A stretch of DNA of 49,778 nt from positions 1 through 49,778 of the IMG/VR virus record IMGVR_UViG_3300037478_000342; one strand, written 5' to 3'. Shown piece by piece: positions 36,829-46,308 of this stretch. Under the pieces are notes generated by a model, which was not told the origin of the DNA, made no database searches, and was given only the letters and a program-made list of their open reading frames with translations. A program made the translations under genes and the position numbers. How positions within the stretch are numbered: position 1 is the stretch's first letter; each line of letters begins with the position of its first letter. Origin of the DNA: a virus. Taxonomy: Duplodnaviria > Caudoviricetes.

Positions 36829-37457
36829 TCAACGGGCACCAGCGCGAGGCGCTGCGCGCGTTCGTGCTCGCCGCGCTGAACCGGGGGCTCGTGGCCGCCG
36901 ACGAGCTCGAGATCGGCTCGATCCAGTGGGCACCGCGCGACCACCCGCGCGGACCATCGCCGTGGTGCTCGCTGCAGATCATCGCGGACGAGGAGCAGGG
37001 GCTCGAGCCCGAGGTGCTGCACGACTCGATCCCGAACCCCACGCCTCCACCGGCGAACGTGCTGCGCGAGACGATCCGCCAGGAGCACCACGTGACGCTC
37101 TCGGTGACGCTGCGGATCCTCCGCGACGACGCGGCGCCCTCGTGGCTGCAGGATGCGGCGGCTCGCCTGCGCCGGTTGACGCTGCAGCGCTACTCCGATG
37201 CGATCTCGGTCCCGCTCGACGAGGCCGGGTGCCCGATCCTCCGGTGCGGCCCGGTGCGCGACTTGACCCTGCTGCGCCGCGGCTCGCAGTTCGAGACCAC
37301 GGCAAGCGTGGATCTGGTGCTGCGGTGCATGTGGATGGTCCGCGAGGGCGACGAGGACTATCCGGGATGGATCGAAACGACGGCCGGCGAGGGCACGCTC
37401 TCGGCACCAGGTGACCCGAGCGACCCACTTGCGCTACCGTTCGACACGAGCGAGTGA
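36825..37457 (+). CDS. Tail terminator/neck protein
   Basis: ATGA coupling; directly before the sheath gene. Confidence 0.65.
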   Translation: MINGHQREALRAFVLAALNRGLVAADELEIGSIQWAPRDHPRGPSPWCSLQIIADEEQGLEPEVLHDSIPNPTPPPANVLRETIRQEHHVTLSVTLRILRDDAAPSWLQDAAARLRRLTLQRYSDAISVPLDEAGCPILRCGPVRDLTLLRRGSQFETTASVDLVLRCMWMVREGDEDYPGWIETTAGEGTLSAPGDPSDPLALPFDTSE

Positions 37458-37466
37458 GGAGACCCG

Positions 37467-38810
37467 ATGCCGCTTTCCGACGTGATCAACGCCACGATCC
37501 TGCTCTCGGACCCACCGATCGGGCTCGCGACCTTCGGGGTGCCGCTCGTGGCGGCGATCCTCACCGCACCGCAGGTGGCCCTGTGGGGCGCTGACCTCGT
37601 GCGCGAGGTGACGCCGGGCAACTGGAAAACCGAGCTCGAGGACGTGGGCGTGACCACGAGCGAGGATCTGTGGGTCTGTCTGTCGGATCTGTTCGCGCAG
37701 GAGCTTCGCCCGTCGCTCGTGCTGCTCGGGCGGCGAGCGACCGCGGTCGCGCAGGTCTATCGGGTCACGATCGACGCCACCGTGGCCGATGGCACCTATA
37801 CCGTCACGATCGACGGCAACGACGTCGACTTCGTCGCGGTCGGTTCGACCCAGACGCTCGTGCGCGACGGCCTGATCTCGGCGATCAATGCGGACGCGAT
37901 CGTGGCTCCGCTCGTGACCGCCGCGATCTTCGACGCCGCGAGCCTGAACGTCACGGCGGACTTCGCCGGTCGCCCCTTCACCGCGAGCACGAGCGGGCCC
38001 GCGGGGGACATCTCGGGCGCGCAGATCACCGCGTCGGTGGGCCTGCCCGAGGACATCGAAGACTGGAGGGCCGAGCGGGACGACTGGTACTGCCTGCTCG
38101 AGACCTCGCACAACGACAACAACATCCACGCGGCCTATCCGACGATCGAGACGCTGACCAAGGTGTTCGTCTCGCAGAGCTCGAACGCGGACGCCCAGAC
38201 CGCCGCGACCACCGACGTGGGGAACGTGCTGCGGCTCGCCGGCATCGCGCGCACGATCGTGATCTGGCACGACGACGACGACGAGTTCGTGGACGCCGCG
38301 GCGGTCGGGCGCCTCTTGCCCACCGAGCCGGGCTCGAACACGTGGGCGAACAAGGGCCTCGCGAGCGTGACGGGCATCGTGCCCACGAGCGTCGCGAACC
38401 TCACGACCAAAAACTACGGGTGGATCGAGCGCTACGACGCGGAGGGGATCAGCGCGACTCGCCGCATGCGCGTCGCGGTCGGGACCCCGATCGACCTGAT
38501 CATCGCGCGCGACTTCATGGTCGACCTGATCCGCGTCGACCAGGCCACGCTCGAGCTCAACTCGCCAAAGGTGCCGTACACCCGCCGAGGCGCGGCGCAG
38601 ATCGACGCCGTGCTCCGAGGATCGCTCGAGCGCTGCGCGAACGACCCGTACAACATCGTGGACGGCGAGACGATCGAGACCTCGATCCCGCTGCCCTCGT
38701 CGCAGTCGAGCGTCGACCGCGGCAATCGGCACTTTCCCGGGATCGTGTGGTCCGCGACGGTGCAGGGCGCGATCGAGACCATGGACGTGGCGGGCACCCT
38801 CGTGGTGTAG
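37467..38810 (+). CDS. Tail sheath protein (DUF3383-like)
   Basis: PGSNTWANKGLASV, IDLII, KVPYT..G, GAIE. Confidence 0.88.
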   Translation: MPLSDVINATILLSDPPIGLATFGVPLVAAILTAPQVALWGADLVREVTPGNWKTELEDVGVTTSEDLWVCLSDLFAQELRPSLVLLGRRATAVAQVYRVTIDATVADGTYTVTIDGNDVDFVAVGSTQTLVRDGLISAINADAIVAPLVTAAIFDAASLNVTADFAGRPFTASTSGPAGDISGAQITASVGLPEDIEDWRAERDDWYCLLETSHNDNNIHAAYPTIETLTKVFVSQSSNADAQTAATTDVGNVLRLAGIARTIVIWHDDDDEFVDAAAVGRLLPTEPGSNTWANKGLASVTGIVPTSVANLTTKNYGWIERYDAEGISATRRMRVAVGTPIDLIIARDFMVDLIRVDQATLELNSPKVPYTRRGAAQIDAVLRGSLERCANDPYNIVDGETIETSIPLPSSQSSVDRGNRHFPGIVWSATVQGAIETMDVAGTLVV

Positions 38811-38821
38811 GAGTGTGAGCA

Positions 38822-39262
38822 ATGGCCGACGGAGCACAGATCAACGTTCAGGACCGCACGATCGTGGTCGGGACCCACGTGGTGGGCGGCCGCGCGAAGG
38901 GGAACTATCTCAACGTGGTCATGGCCGACCGCTCCTCGATCGACATGGGGGTCGACGGCGAGGGCACGCACAAGACCACCGACGACAAGTCGGCCACGAT
39001 CACCGTGTCCGTCATGCCCTCGAGCGTGTCGAACGACGTGCTCTCGGCGCTCGAGCTCTCGGGCCTCCCGGTCCCGATCGCGATCCGCGACGGCGCAGGG
39101 CGGACGATCCAGACCGCCGCGCGAGCGAAGGTCGTGAAGCACGCGGACGTGACCTGGTCGGACGGCGCCGAGGTGCGGGTCTGGACCCTCGTTACCACGC
39201 GGCTCAACTCGTTCGTGGGCGGCATGGCCCCGAGCGAGCTCGGCTCGACGCCCGAAGTCTGA
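38822..39262 (+). CDS. Tail tube protein
   Basis: After the sheath; GVDGEG…SATITVSVMPSSVSN…VRVWTL. Confidence 0.82.
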   Translation: MADGAQINVQDRTIVVGTHVVGGRAKGNYLNVVMADRSSIDMGVDGEGTHKTTDDKSATITVSVMPSSVSNDVLSALELSGLPVPIAIRDGAGRTIQTAARAKVVKHADVTWSDGAEVRVWTLVTTRLNSFVGGMAPSELGSTPEV

Positions 39263-39314
39263 CCCGCTTGTCGAGGGGTTGCCGCTTGTCGTGCGGTAGG
39301 CGTATGGTCGCGGC

Positions 39315-39833
39315 ATGCCTGCAGAGCTGACCGCCCGCCTCGGCACGACCGAGGTCACACTCCACCGCCTCTCGGGGCGCGCCTACTTCCGAGCCGCCGC
39401 GCTGCTCGCGAAGGTGTTGGGCCCCGCGCTCGCCGGCCTGGTCTCGGGCGCGGGCATCCGGGCCGAGCTCCCGGACGGTACCGAGGTCTCGATCTCGTGG
39501 GGCGAGATCGTGAGCCTGAAAGGGGAATCCGGCTTCCGCCTGCTCGGTGCGCTGCTCGGGCGCCTCGGCAACATCGACCCCGACGACCTGCTCGCGCTCG
39601 CGGAGGCGATGCTGGTCGATCACGCGTGGATCAACGGTGCACCGATCAACCGAGCCGAGACGCTCGACGCGGTGCTGCCCGACGGGCCCGCGCTGATCGG
39701 CCTGGTCGGGCTCGCGTTGCGGCACAACTTCCTCCCTACTTCCGCCGACGCGCCTACGCCCGAAGGTTCGTCGGCGGACGAGACTCAGCAGCGACCGGCG
39801 GGCACATCGCCGCGGCGCGCCCGCTCCCGCTGA
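39315..39833 (+). CDS. Tail assembly chaperone
   Basis: Between tube and tape measure; TATGGT-6-ATG. Confidence 0.75.
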   Translation: MPAELTARLGTTEVTLHRLSGRAYFRAAALLAKVLGPALAGLVSGAGIRAELPDGTEVSISWGEIVSLKGESGFRLLGALLGRLGNIDPDDLLALAEAMLVDHAWINGAPINRAETLDAVLPDGPALIGLVGLALRHNFLPTSADAPTPEGSSADETQQRPAGTSPRRARSR

Positions 39834-39997
39834 TCCGCGCTCCCAACATCGGTGCCGAGTGGCCCGTGTGGCGCGTCGCGATGCGGTTCGGCTTGTCGAT
39901 CCACGAGCTCGACCAGTGGGATCCGGTCGACATTCTCGACGCGAACGAGGCGCTCGACGTCGACGACGACGTGCGCGCCGCGATGCGCGTAGACTGA
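39737..39997 (+). CDS. Second chaperone ORF, probable -1 frameshift extension (5' boundary approximate)
   Basis: -1 frame encodes WPVWRV…ELDQWDPVDILDANEALD with no strong start of its own. Confidence 0.5.
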   Translation, partial: YFRRRAYARRFVGGRDSAATGGHIAAARPLPLIRAPNIGAEWPVWRVAMRFGLSIHELDQWDPVDILDANEALDVDDDVRAAMRVD

Positions 39998-40003
39998 TCG
40001 CCG

Positions 40004-41782
40004 ATGGCTGAGAACGTGCTCGAGACCTGGGTGACGCGGATCGGCTGGAAGGTCGACCCGCCCACCGCCGTCGACCAGGCGCTCGACAAGTCGGAGGGCC
40101 ACGTTCAGGCGCGCGCGGTGGCGCTCGGGAACCTGGTCAGCGCCGCGGTGCAGAAGGCCGCCGGGATCGCGTTGCGTGCCGCGAGCTCGCTCGCCCACGC
40201 GCTGCCCGACGCGCTCAAGCGATTCAGCGACGTCGGGGACGAGATCGCCAAGACCGCGGTCAAGCTCGGAGTCACCACCGACAGCCTGCAGCGGCTGCGC
40301 TTCGCCGCTGACCGCTCGGGCGTCGACACCGAGAAGCTCGGGAAGGCGATCCGCGAGCTCAACTCGGGCATGGACGAGGCCCGCACCAAGGGCACCGGAC
40401 CATTCGCCGAGGGGCTCAAGCTCGTCGGAGTCGCGCTCAAGGATCTCGAGGGCTTCGACCCTGAGGATCAGATCGGGGTGCTCGCCGATGCGCTGAACGA
40501 GATCCCCGATCCGGCGCAGCGCGCGGCAGCGGCGGCCAAGCTGTTCGGGGCAGGCGCCGGCTCCGAGCTCGCGCCGCTGCTGGCCGAGGGGGCCGAGGGG
40601 ATCATCGCGCTCGGCGACGAGGCCGAACGCCTCGGGCTCGTGCTCGGCAAGGATGCGCTCGGCGGCGCGGAGCGGTTGAACGACGCGCTCGGCGACGTCG
40701 AGAAGCAAATGGGCATCGTGGGCACGCGCATCGCGGCGCAGCTCGCACCCTACGCCACCGACCTGGTCGAGCGGTTCAGCGCGTGGATCGCCGCGAACGA
40801 CGAGTTCATCGAGCAAGACCTGCCCCGCTACATCGAACAGACGGTCGAGACGCTGATCGGCGCGGTCGAGTGGGCGGCCGACGCCGCCGCGGAGTTCAAG
40901 CAATTCGGGCGTGAGGTCGGGTTCGTGATCGACGAGGCGCAGGCGTTCGGCACCGAGATCGCGAACGCGGCCAGCATCGTGGCCGAGACGCTCGCGCCCG
41001 CGATCGACATCGCGTTGATCCCGCTGAAAGCGATGTGGACGTTTTTCTCCGAGACCGTGGGGTTCGTCGCCGACGTGGTGACCAAGCTCGCCGACATGCT
41101 CGGGGTGCTCGACGACATCCAGCAGGCGGTCCGTGATCTGCCGTTCGTCGGCGAGTCGATCGACGAGCTCGACGCCAGGCTCGAGCGAGAGCTCGCCACG
41201 GGCAAGGGGGCAGCACGAGGGCGGACCACATCGGCCGAGGAGGTCGGGGCGGGGCGACGCGCGGCCGACGAGACTCGCGCGGGCGTGCTCTCGCGATCGA
41301 AGGGCATGTCTGGAGCGCTCGACGCGATCGTCTCGTCGTTCGGGTCGCAGGCGGGGCAGGGCGCGCGCGTAGACCGAGCTCGGAGGCGGGCGGCTGGCCG
41401 GGCCTCGCTCGCACCGAAGGGCGGCGGCGGATCGGGCTCGAGCAGCGGCGGCGGAGACCTCCTCGATCGCATGTTCCCCGGGCTCAAGTGGGGCTCCGAA
41501 CCCTCGGCGCTCTCGGGGCTCGGCGACCTGATCGGGCTCGGCGACACGCACCACGCGGCCGCGGGCGGCGGCGGCTCACCGCTCGGCGGCGGGTCGTTCG
41601 CCAGGATCACGAACACCGTGCACGCCCCGACCACGATCTCGATCACGCTGCCACGCGACGCGCTCAAGGGCTTGAGCCCCGCCGAGCAGGCGCGACTGAT
41701 CGCGCTCGAGGTCGACGGCATCATGCAGGAGCGCAACCGGCGGGTGACGGACTTTTTCGACTCCACCGTGCGGGACGGGTGA
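40004..41782 (+). CDS. Tape measure protein
   Basis: Helical, Ala-rich; DEIAKTAVKLGVTTDSLQRLRFAA…AAKLFG. Confidence 0.88.
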   Translation: MAENVLETWVTRIGWKVDPPTAVDQALDKSEGHVQARAVALGNLVSAAVQKAAGIALRAASSLAHALPDALKRFSDVGDEIAKTAVKLGVTTDSLQRLRFAADRSGVDTEKLGKAIRELNSGMDEARTKGTGPFAEGLKLVGVALKDLEGFDPEDQIGVLADALNEIPDPAQRAAAAAKLFGAGAGSELAPLLAEGAEGIIALGDEAERLGLVLGKDALGGAERLNDALGDVEKQMGIVGTRIAAQLAPYATDLVERFSAWIAANDEFIEQDLPRYIEQTVETLIGAVEWAADAAAEFKQFGREVGFVIDEAQAFGTEIANAASIVAETLAPAIDIALIPLKAMWTFFSETVGFVADVVTKLADMLGVLDDIQQAVRDLPFVGESIDELDARLERELATGKGAARGRTTSAEEVGAGRRAADETRAGVLSRSKGMSGALDAIVSSFGSQAGQGARVDRARRRAAGRASLAPKGGGGSGSSSGGGDLLDRMFPGLKWGSEPSALSGLGDLIGLGDTHHAAAGGGGSPLGGGSFARITNTVHAPTTISITLPRDALKGLSPAEQARLIALEVDGIMQERNRRVTDFFDSTVRDG

Positions 41783-41785
41783 GCC

Positions 41786-42361
41786 ATGGCCGCGAGCGAC
41801 GTGCTGCAGCTGTTCAACCTCCTAAAGCCGACCGTCGGCCCGATCGTGCTCGACGCGTCGATCAACGAATCGCACGCGGTCGACGTCGAGTGGACGGAGA
41901 ACCCGATCGAGGAGGGCGGCATCGTCTCCGACCACGCGATCGTGGCTCCGCGCGTCGTCGTGATCGAGGGCATCGTAACGCGCTTCCCCGACTCGCTCCT
42001 GCCCCCGCTCAAGTTCACGCGGCATCTGCTGATCTGGCGACGCCTCCGCGACATGGCGATCCGCCGCGAGCTCTACGACATCGTGACCTCGCTCGAGATC
42101 TACCCCCGCATGGGGATCCTGTCCGTGCGCACGCCTCGGTCGAACGAGTGGACCCACGCGTCGAAGATCACGATCGTCGCGCGCAAAATGGAGTTCAGCG
42201 TGCTCGACGCGGCGCAGGTCGTTTCGGACGCGGCGACGGACATCGCTCAAGGCAAGGCCGAGCTCGGCGCGCAAGCGGCCCTGATCGCGCGCTCGACCGA
42301 GATCGCGGCCATGACCGCTTCGCTCGCGCGCCTGCGGCTGCACGAGAAGGGCACGGTCTGA
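41786..42361 (+). CDS. Tail tube initiator/Dit-like baseplate protein
   Basis: ESH…TENPIEEGGIVSDHAI…IEG. Confidence 0.75.
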   Translation: MAASDVLQLFNLLKPTVGPIVLDASINESHAVDVEWTENPIEEGGIVSDHAIVAPRVVVIEGIVTRFPDSLLPPLKFTRHLLIWRRLRDMAIRRELYDIVTSLEIYPRMGILSVRTPRSNEWTHASKITIVARKMEFSVLDAAQVVSDAATDIAQGKAELGAQAALIARSTEIAAMTASLARLRLHEKGTV

Positions 42362-42362
42362 G

Positions 42363-42725
42363 ATGGCCGAGCAGGTTCTAGCCCCGCCGCGCCTGAGCAC
42401 GAAAACCGAGCTTCATTGGCGCGAGCGCTTCGACGGCGAGTGGTACGGCCTTCGCCTCTGTTACAACACCCGCATGCAGTGGTGGACGCTCGACCTCGAG
42501 GCGAGCGACGGATCGCCGCTTTGGTCTGGCGTGCGCATCGTGACCGGCGTGAACCTGAACGTGCCCGTCGTCGACGGCGCTCCGCCCGGGCAGATCTTCG
42601 CGCTCGACGTCGAGAGTCAGAATCGCGACCCGGGCCGGCACGACCTCGCGGGACCGATCGTGATCTACTACCGCCCGCTCGCCGACGTGCTCGCGGCGGT
42701 CGGCACGGCGATCGAGGTGCTGTGA
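42363..42725 (+). CDS. Small baseplate protein
   Basis: L.YNTR…WTLDL…GVRIVTG; position. Confidence 0.7.
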   Translation: MAEQVLAPPRLSTKTELHWRERFDGEWYGLRLCYNTRMQWWTLDLEASDGSPLWSGVRIVTGVNLNVPVVDGAPPGQIFALDVESQNRDPGRHDLAGPIVIYYRPLADVLAAVGTAIEVL

Positions 42726-43762
42726 TCCCCGGCACGCAGTTCGGACGCGTCGCCCAGGTGCGCGTGCTCCCGGTGGTCGGCGCGCCCATGCTGATCAACG
42801 GCGCCGCCGGCGACGTCGCAAATCCGTTCGGCCACGCGCTGCGCGTGCGGTTCAAGGTCGAGAAAACCGCGACGCCCGAACCGCAGCGCGCGACGATCCA
42901 CCTGCACAACCTGGCGCCCGTGACCCGCGGGCTTCTCGCGCAGTATGCCCACCGACCGCAGGGCGTCGACGCGGCCGGCCTCACGATCGACAAGCGAGTG
43001 TTTCGCGGCACCGTCGTCGAGCTCCTCGCCGGCTATGACCTCGCGGCGAATCTCGGCGTGCTGTTCCGCGGCGACCTGGCCACCTGCCGCTCGAGAAAGG
43101 TCGGCACCGACTGGATCACGACGCTCGAGCTCGGAGACTCGGAGGCCGCGCTCACGCAGGCCGAGTGCGATCAGAGCTTCATGCCCGGGGCGACCGCGCT
43201 CGAGGTCGTGACCTACGCGGTGAGCGTCCTCGGCCTGGCCCTCGCCCCGGCCCCGATCCCGCCGGCCCTGCCCGCCTACGTGCTGACCCGCGGGTTTATC
43301 GCACTGGGGAAGGCCCGTGAGACCATCGACGCGATCCTCGCGGGGGTGGCGCCCGACCTGTTCCAGCTGGGGCCGATCGCGGGGTTCGTCGCGAACGCGG
43401 GGGCACTGTGGGACGCCTTCACCGGGGAGGCCCCGCTCTCCCGCCCGATCGAGTGGTGGGTCGACGACGGGCTCGTCTACCTCATGCAGCGCGCCGGCAC
43501 CCTCCCAGGGCCGCCGCTGCAGCTGTCGACACTCGGCAAGGCGGGGACGATCCGGCTCCTGGCGAGGCCCGAGCGACTCGAGGGAGGGGCCGCCGAGGCC
43601 CGGTGCCTGCTCTCGCCGGCGGTTCGGCTCGGCTGGCCGGTGGCCCTCACGTCGGCCGAGCTCGTCGGGGCGTACCGCGTGGACGGGGTCACGCACGAGG
43701 GCGACAACCGGGGCGGGGACTTCACGACCACCGCCCACCTGCGCCCGTCGATTCCGACGTGA
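42722..43762 (+). CDS. Baseplate hub protein
   Basis: FKVEKT, ATI.LHNL, LLAGY…LFRGD, GAYRV..VTHEGDNRG. Confidence 0.8.
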   Translation: MIPGTQFGRVAQVRVLPVVGAPMLINGAAGDVANPFGHALRVRFKVEKTATPEPQRATIHLHNLAPVTRGLLAQYAHRPQGVDAAGLTIDKRVFRGTVVELLAGYDLAANLGVLFRGDLATCRSRKVGTDWITTLELGDSEAALTQAECDQSFMPGATALEVVTYAVSVLGLALAPAPIPPALPAYVLTRGFIALGKARETIDAILAGVAPDLFQLGPIAGFVANAGALWDAFTGEAPLSRPIEWWVDDGLVYLMQRAGTLPGPPLQLSTLGKAGTIRLLARPERLEGGAAEARCLLSPAVRLGWPVALTSAELVGAYRVDGVTHEGDNRGGDFTTTAHLRPSIPT

Positions 43763-43852
43763 GGATCCGCAATATGGCGCGGGAGAGATCTCGGGCGCTC
43801 GGCATCTAGAAGCCGGGCGCGGCTATGACGGGGTCCGCGCTACGCTGGCCGC

Positions 43853-44680
43853 ATGATTGGGCCGATCCTGCTGCTGCGCCGGTTCGTCGAGGATCTCACC
43901 CACGCCGCTGATCGCAGCGACGACTGGGAGGAGGCCGACGACGGGGCGGACGCGTGCAGCGACTTCGAGCTCGCCGAGTGCAGGGCCGAGCGACAGCGGT
44001 CGAAATACGACGACGTCGGGCACGTCGTCGACCTCGAGGGCAAGGCCGCCGCGGCCACGTACAAGAACGGCGCCGTCAAGCGCACCCGCTATCCGCGGGT
44101 GAAGCTCGCGACGCGACGCGTGGTGATCGTGCTGCACCAGACCGGGGTCGAGCGGCCGAGCTCGTCGAAGCGGTGGCACCTGGTCACCGCGCATCGAGTG
44201 ATCGCACCGAACGGAGATCGCATGCGTCTGCACCCGATCGACGTGCGCCTCACCGCGGCGAACCGGCTCGATCGCGCACCGTGGCACGCGATCTCGATCG
44301 AGGTCGGCGGCAACTTCGAGGGCGTCGACGGTGGCGACCCCGATTGGTACCAGCCGAACGTGCTCGGTCGAGGTCGGGCCACCGACGTGCAGCTCGAGGC
44401 GTGCTTCTCCGAGGTTCGGGCGATCGTCGCCGAGGTCGGTGGGATGGGCGGACGCGTCGAGGCGATCGCTCCGCATCGGATCGCAGGGCGAGACGCGAAG
44501 GGCCGGCCGAATCGGCAGATCTGCCCGGGGTCTCGCGTGTGGTCGATGGTCGGCGAGCGCGCTGGCTCCGAGCTCGGGCTTGCGATCCCGGCACCTGGCC
44601 TCGCGCTTGGCGGCTTGACGATCCCCGACACGTGGCACGGACCGCACTACGCGGGCTGCACTCGACTGCTGCGCGGGTGA
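43853..44680 (+). CDS. Endolysin, N-acetylmuramoyl-L-alanine amidase-like
   Basis: IVLHQT, AH, SIEV.GNF, PHR, CPG zinc-amidase motifs. Confidence 0.8.
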   Translation: MIGPILLLRRFVEDLTHAADRSDDWEEADDGADACSDFELAECRAERQRSKYDDVGHVVDLEGKAAAATYKNGAVKRTRYPRVKLATRRVVIVLHQTGVERPSSSKRWHLVTAHRVIAPNGDRMRLHPIDVRLTAANRLDRAPWHAISIEVGGNFEGVDGGDPDWYQPNVLGRGRATDVQLEACFSEVRAIVAEVGGMGGRVEAIAPHRIAGRDAKGRPNRQICPGSRVWSMVGERAGSELGLAIPAPGLALGGLTIPDTWHGPHYAGCTRLLRG

Positions 44681-44696
44681 CCGCTAGCCTCGGGGC

Positions 44697-45245
44697 GTGG
44701 CTCTGTTCCCGGTCAGCATCCGAGATCGAGATCGCAAGCTCGCGCTCGCGGTGCGTGGCACGGGCCTGCTGTGGCACCCGCGCCCGGGGCTCACGCTCGA
44801 GACCTGGCGCACCCTCGTCGAGGTCGACATCGAACGCGGCGGCGTCCGGTTCGTCGAAGGGCTCGTCTCCTCGTCGCTCTGGGCGCGCGCGACCACGATG
44901 GGCAAGCGCCTTGTGTACCTCCCGGCGGGGTTCAGCGAGCGCAAGCTGCTCGACCGCTTGCGCACGCTGACGCACGAGCTCCGGCACACGGACGAGTACC
45001 CGCATCACTCGCTGTTTCGCCTGCGCTACATCGCGCCCGACCCGCGATTCCGCTGGGCGAACGAGTGTCAGGGCAAGATCGCAGAGCTCCGCAACGTGGT
45101 CGCGGCCGGCGAGGGCCGGCACCTTGGCGACCTGATCGAGGCGTTCGCCGAGCGGCTCGCCGACCCGTTCCCGGGCTACGCGTGCCGGAGGATCCGCAAC
45201 CTGCGAAACGAGACGGTGCGGCTCGTCGAGGGGGCGCTCGGGTGA
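44697..45245 (+). CDS. HExxH zinc-metallopeptidase-like protein
   Basis: LTHELRH with a downstream Glu (WANEC); TAGCCT-6-GTG. Confidence 0.6.
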   Translation: MALFPVSIRDRDRKLALAVRGTGLLWHPRPGLTLETWRTLVEVDIERGGVRFVEGLVSSSLWARATTMGKRLVYLPAGFSERKLLDRLRTLTHELRHTDEYPHHSLFRLRYIAPDPRFRWANECQGKIAELRNVVAAGEGRHLGDLIEAFAERLADPFPGYACRRIRNLRNETVRLVEGALG

Positions 45246-45922
45246 GCACCGACGTCGACGCGCTGCTCAAGCTGCGCACGGACATCCTGCGCCGAGTGCG
45301 GAAGCTCAAGGCGGGGAAGGTGGTCACCTACGACCCGCTCACCGAGCGCGCCGTCGTCGAGCTCGGGATCCTCGGCCAGGCGGCGAGCGGCCACCTGCGC
45401 AAGCCGACGATCATCCCCACCGCGCTCGTGCTGTGGCCCGAGTTCGCGGGCATGCAGATCAAGGGTCGGCTCAACCCGGGCGACGAGGTGCTGATCGGGA
45501 TCCTCGACCACTCGCTCGACCGATGGTCGGTCGCCGGCGGCCCGGTCACCGCCGACAGCGACCGCGCGCACGAGCTCGTCGACGCGGTGGTGATCCTCGG
45601 TCTCAAGTCGACTGCGAACCTGCAGCCCGGCGACCCGACGCAGCTCACCATCGGGCGAACCGACGGCACGGCCGTCGTGCAGCTGTCGATCGACGGGCCC
45701 GGGATCGTCACGATCGAGGGCGCGACGATCCGGCTCGGGCTCACCGCGGCCGCGCAGCATGTCGCGCTCGCCGAGGCGCTGCACGCCTACCTGGTGGCGA
45801 TGATCACCGCGTCGGCCACGGGGGCCGCGGACGGTGGCGCGGCATTCAAGGCGGCGCTGCTCGTGTATCTCGGAGCGAACCCGCCCGCGGGATTCGCGTC
45901 GGCGAAGGCGGTGGCCGAGTGA
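45242..45922 (+). CDS. Baseplate spike (Gp138-like N-terminus)
   Basis: GKVVTYDP, PGDEVL, DHSLDRW, RAHELVDA. Confidence 0.8.
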   Translation: MSTDVDALLKLRTDILRRVRKLKAGKVVTYDPLTERAVVELGILGQAASGHLRKPTIIPTALVLWPEFAGMQIKGRLNPGDEVLIGILDHSLDRWSVAGGPVTADSDRAHELVDAVVILGLKSTANLQPGDPTQLTIGRTDGTAVVQLSIDGPGIVTIEGATIRLGLTAAAQHVALAEALHAYLVAMITASATGAADGGAAFKAALLVYLGANPPAGFASAKAVAE

Positions 45923-46302
45923 CGCAATTCGCATGCGACCCCGCGACCGGCGAGCTCCTGCGCGAGAACGGCTCGTTCGTCCGCATCGGCGGCACCGCCG
46001 AGATCTTGCAGCACGTGACCGTTCGATTCCGACTGTTCCGCGGCGAGTGCTTCCTCGACGTGCTCAAGGGCATGCGGTTTCGCGGGCTGATCCTCGAGAA
46101 GGGGACCCCGCCCAGCCGCGTGGAGGGCGAGTTCACCGATACCGCGCTGGGCACCCCCGGCGTCGTGGGGGTGAGCCGCTGCGACGTCGAGGTCGACCGT
46201 TCGACCCGGCACGGGTCGGTCGCGATCGACATGCTCGGCAGCATCGACGATGCTCGGCAGAGGATCCCCATCCACGACGTGATCGTCGTTCCGCTCGAGT
46301 GA
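45919..46302 (+). CDS. Baseplate wedge/sheath initiator
   Basis: RLFRGECFLD…G…TPGV. Confidence 0.75.
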   Translation: MTQFACDPATGELLRENGSFVRIGGTAEILQHVTVRFRLFRGECFLDVLKGMRFRGLILEKGTPPSRVEGEFTDTALGTPGVVGVSRCDVEVDRSTRHGSVAIDMLGSIDDARQRIPIHDVIVVPLE

Positions 46303-46308
46303 GGATCA

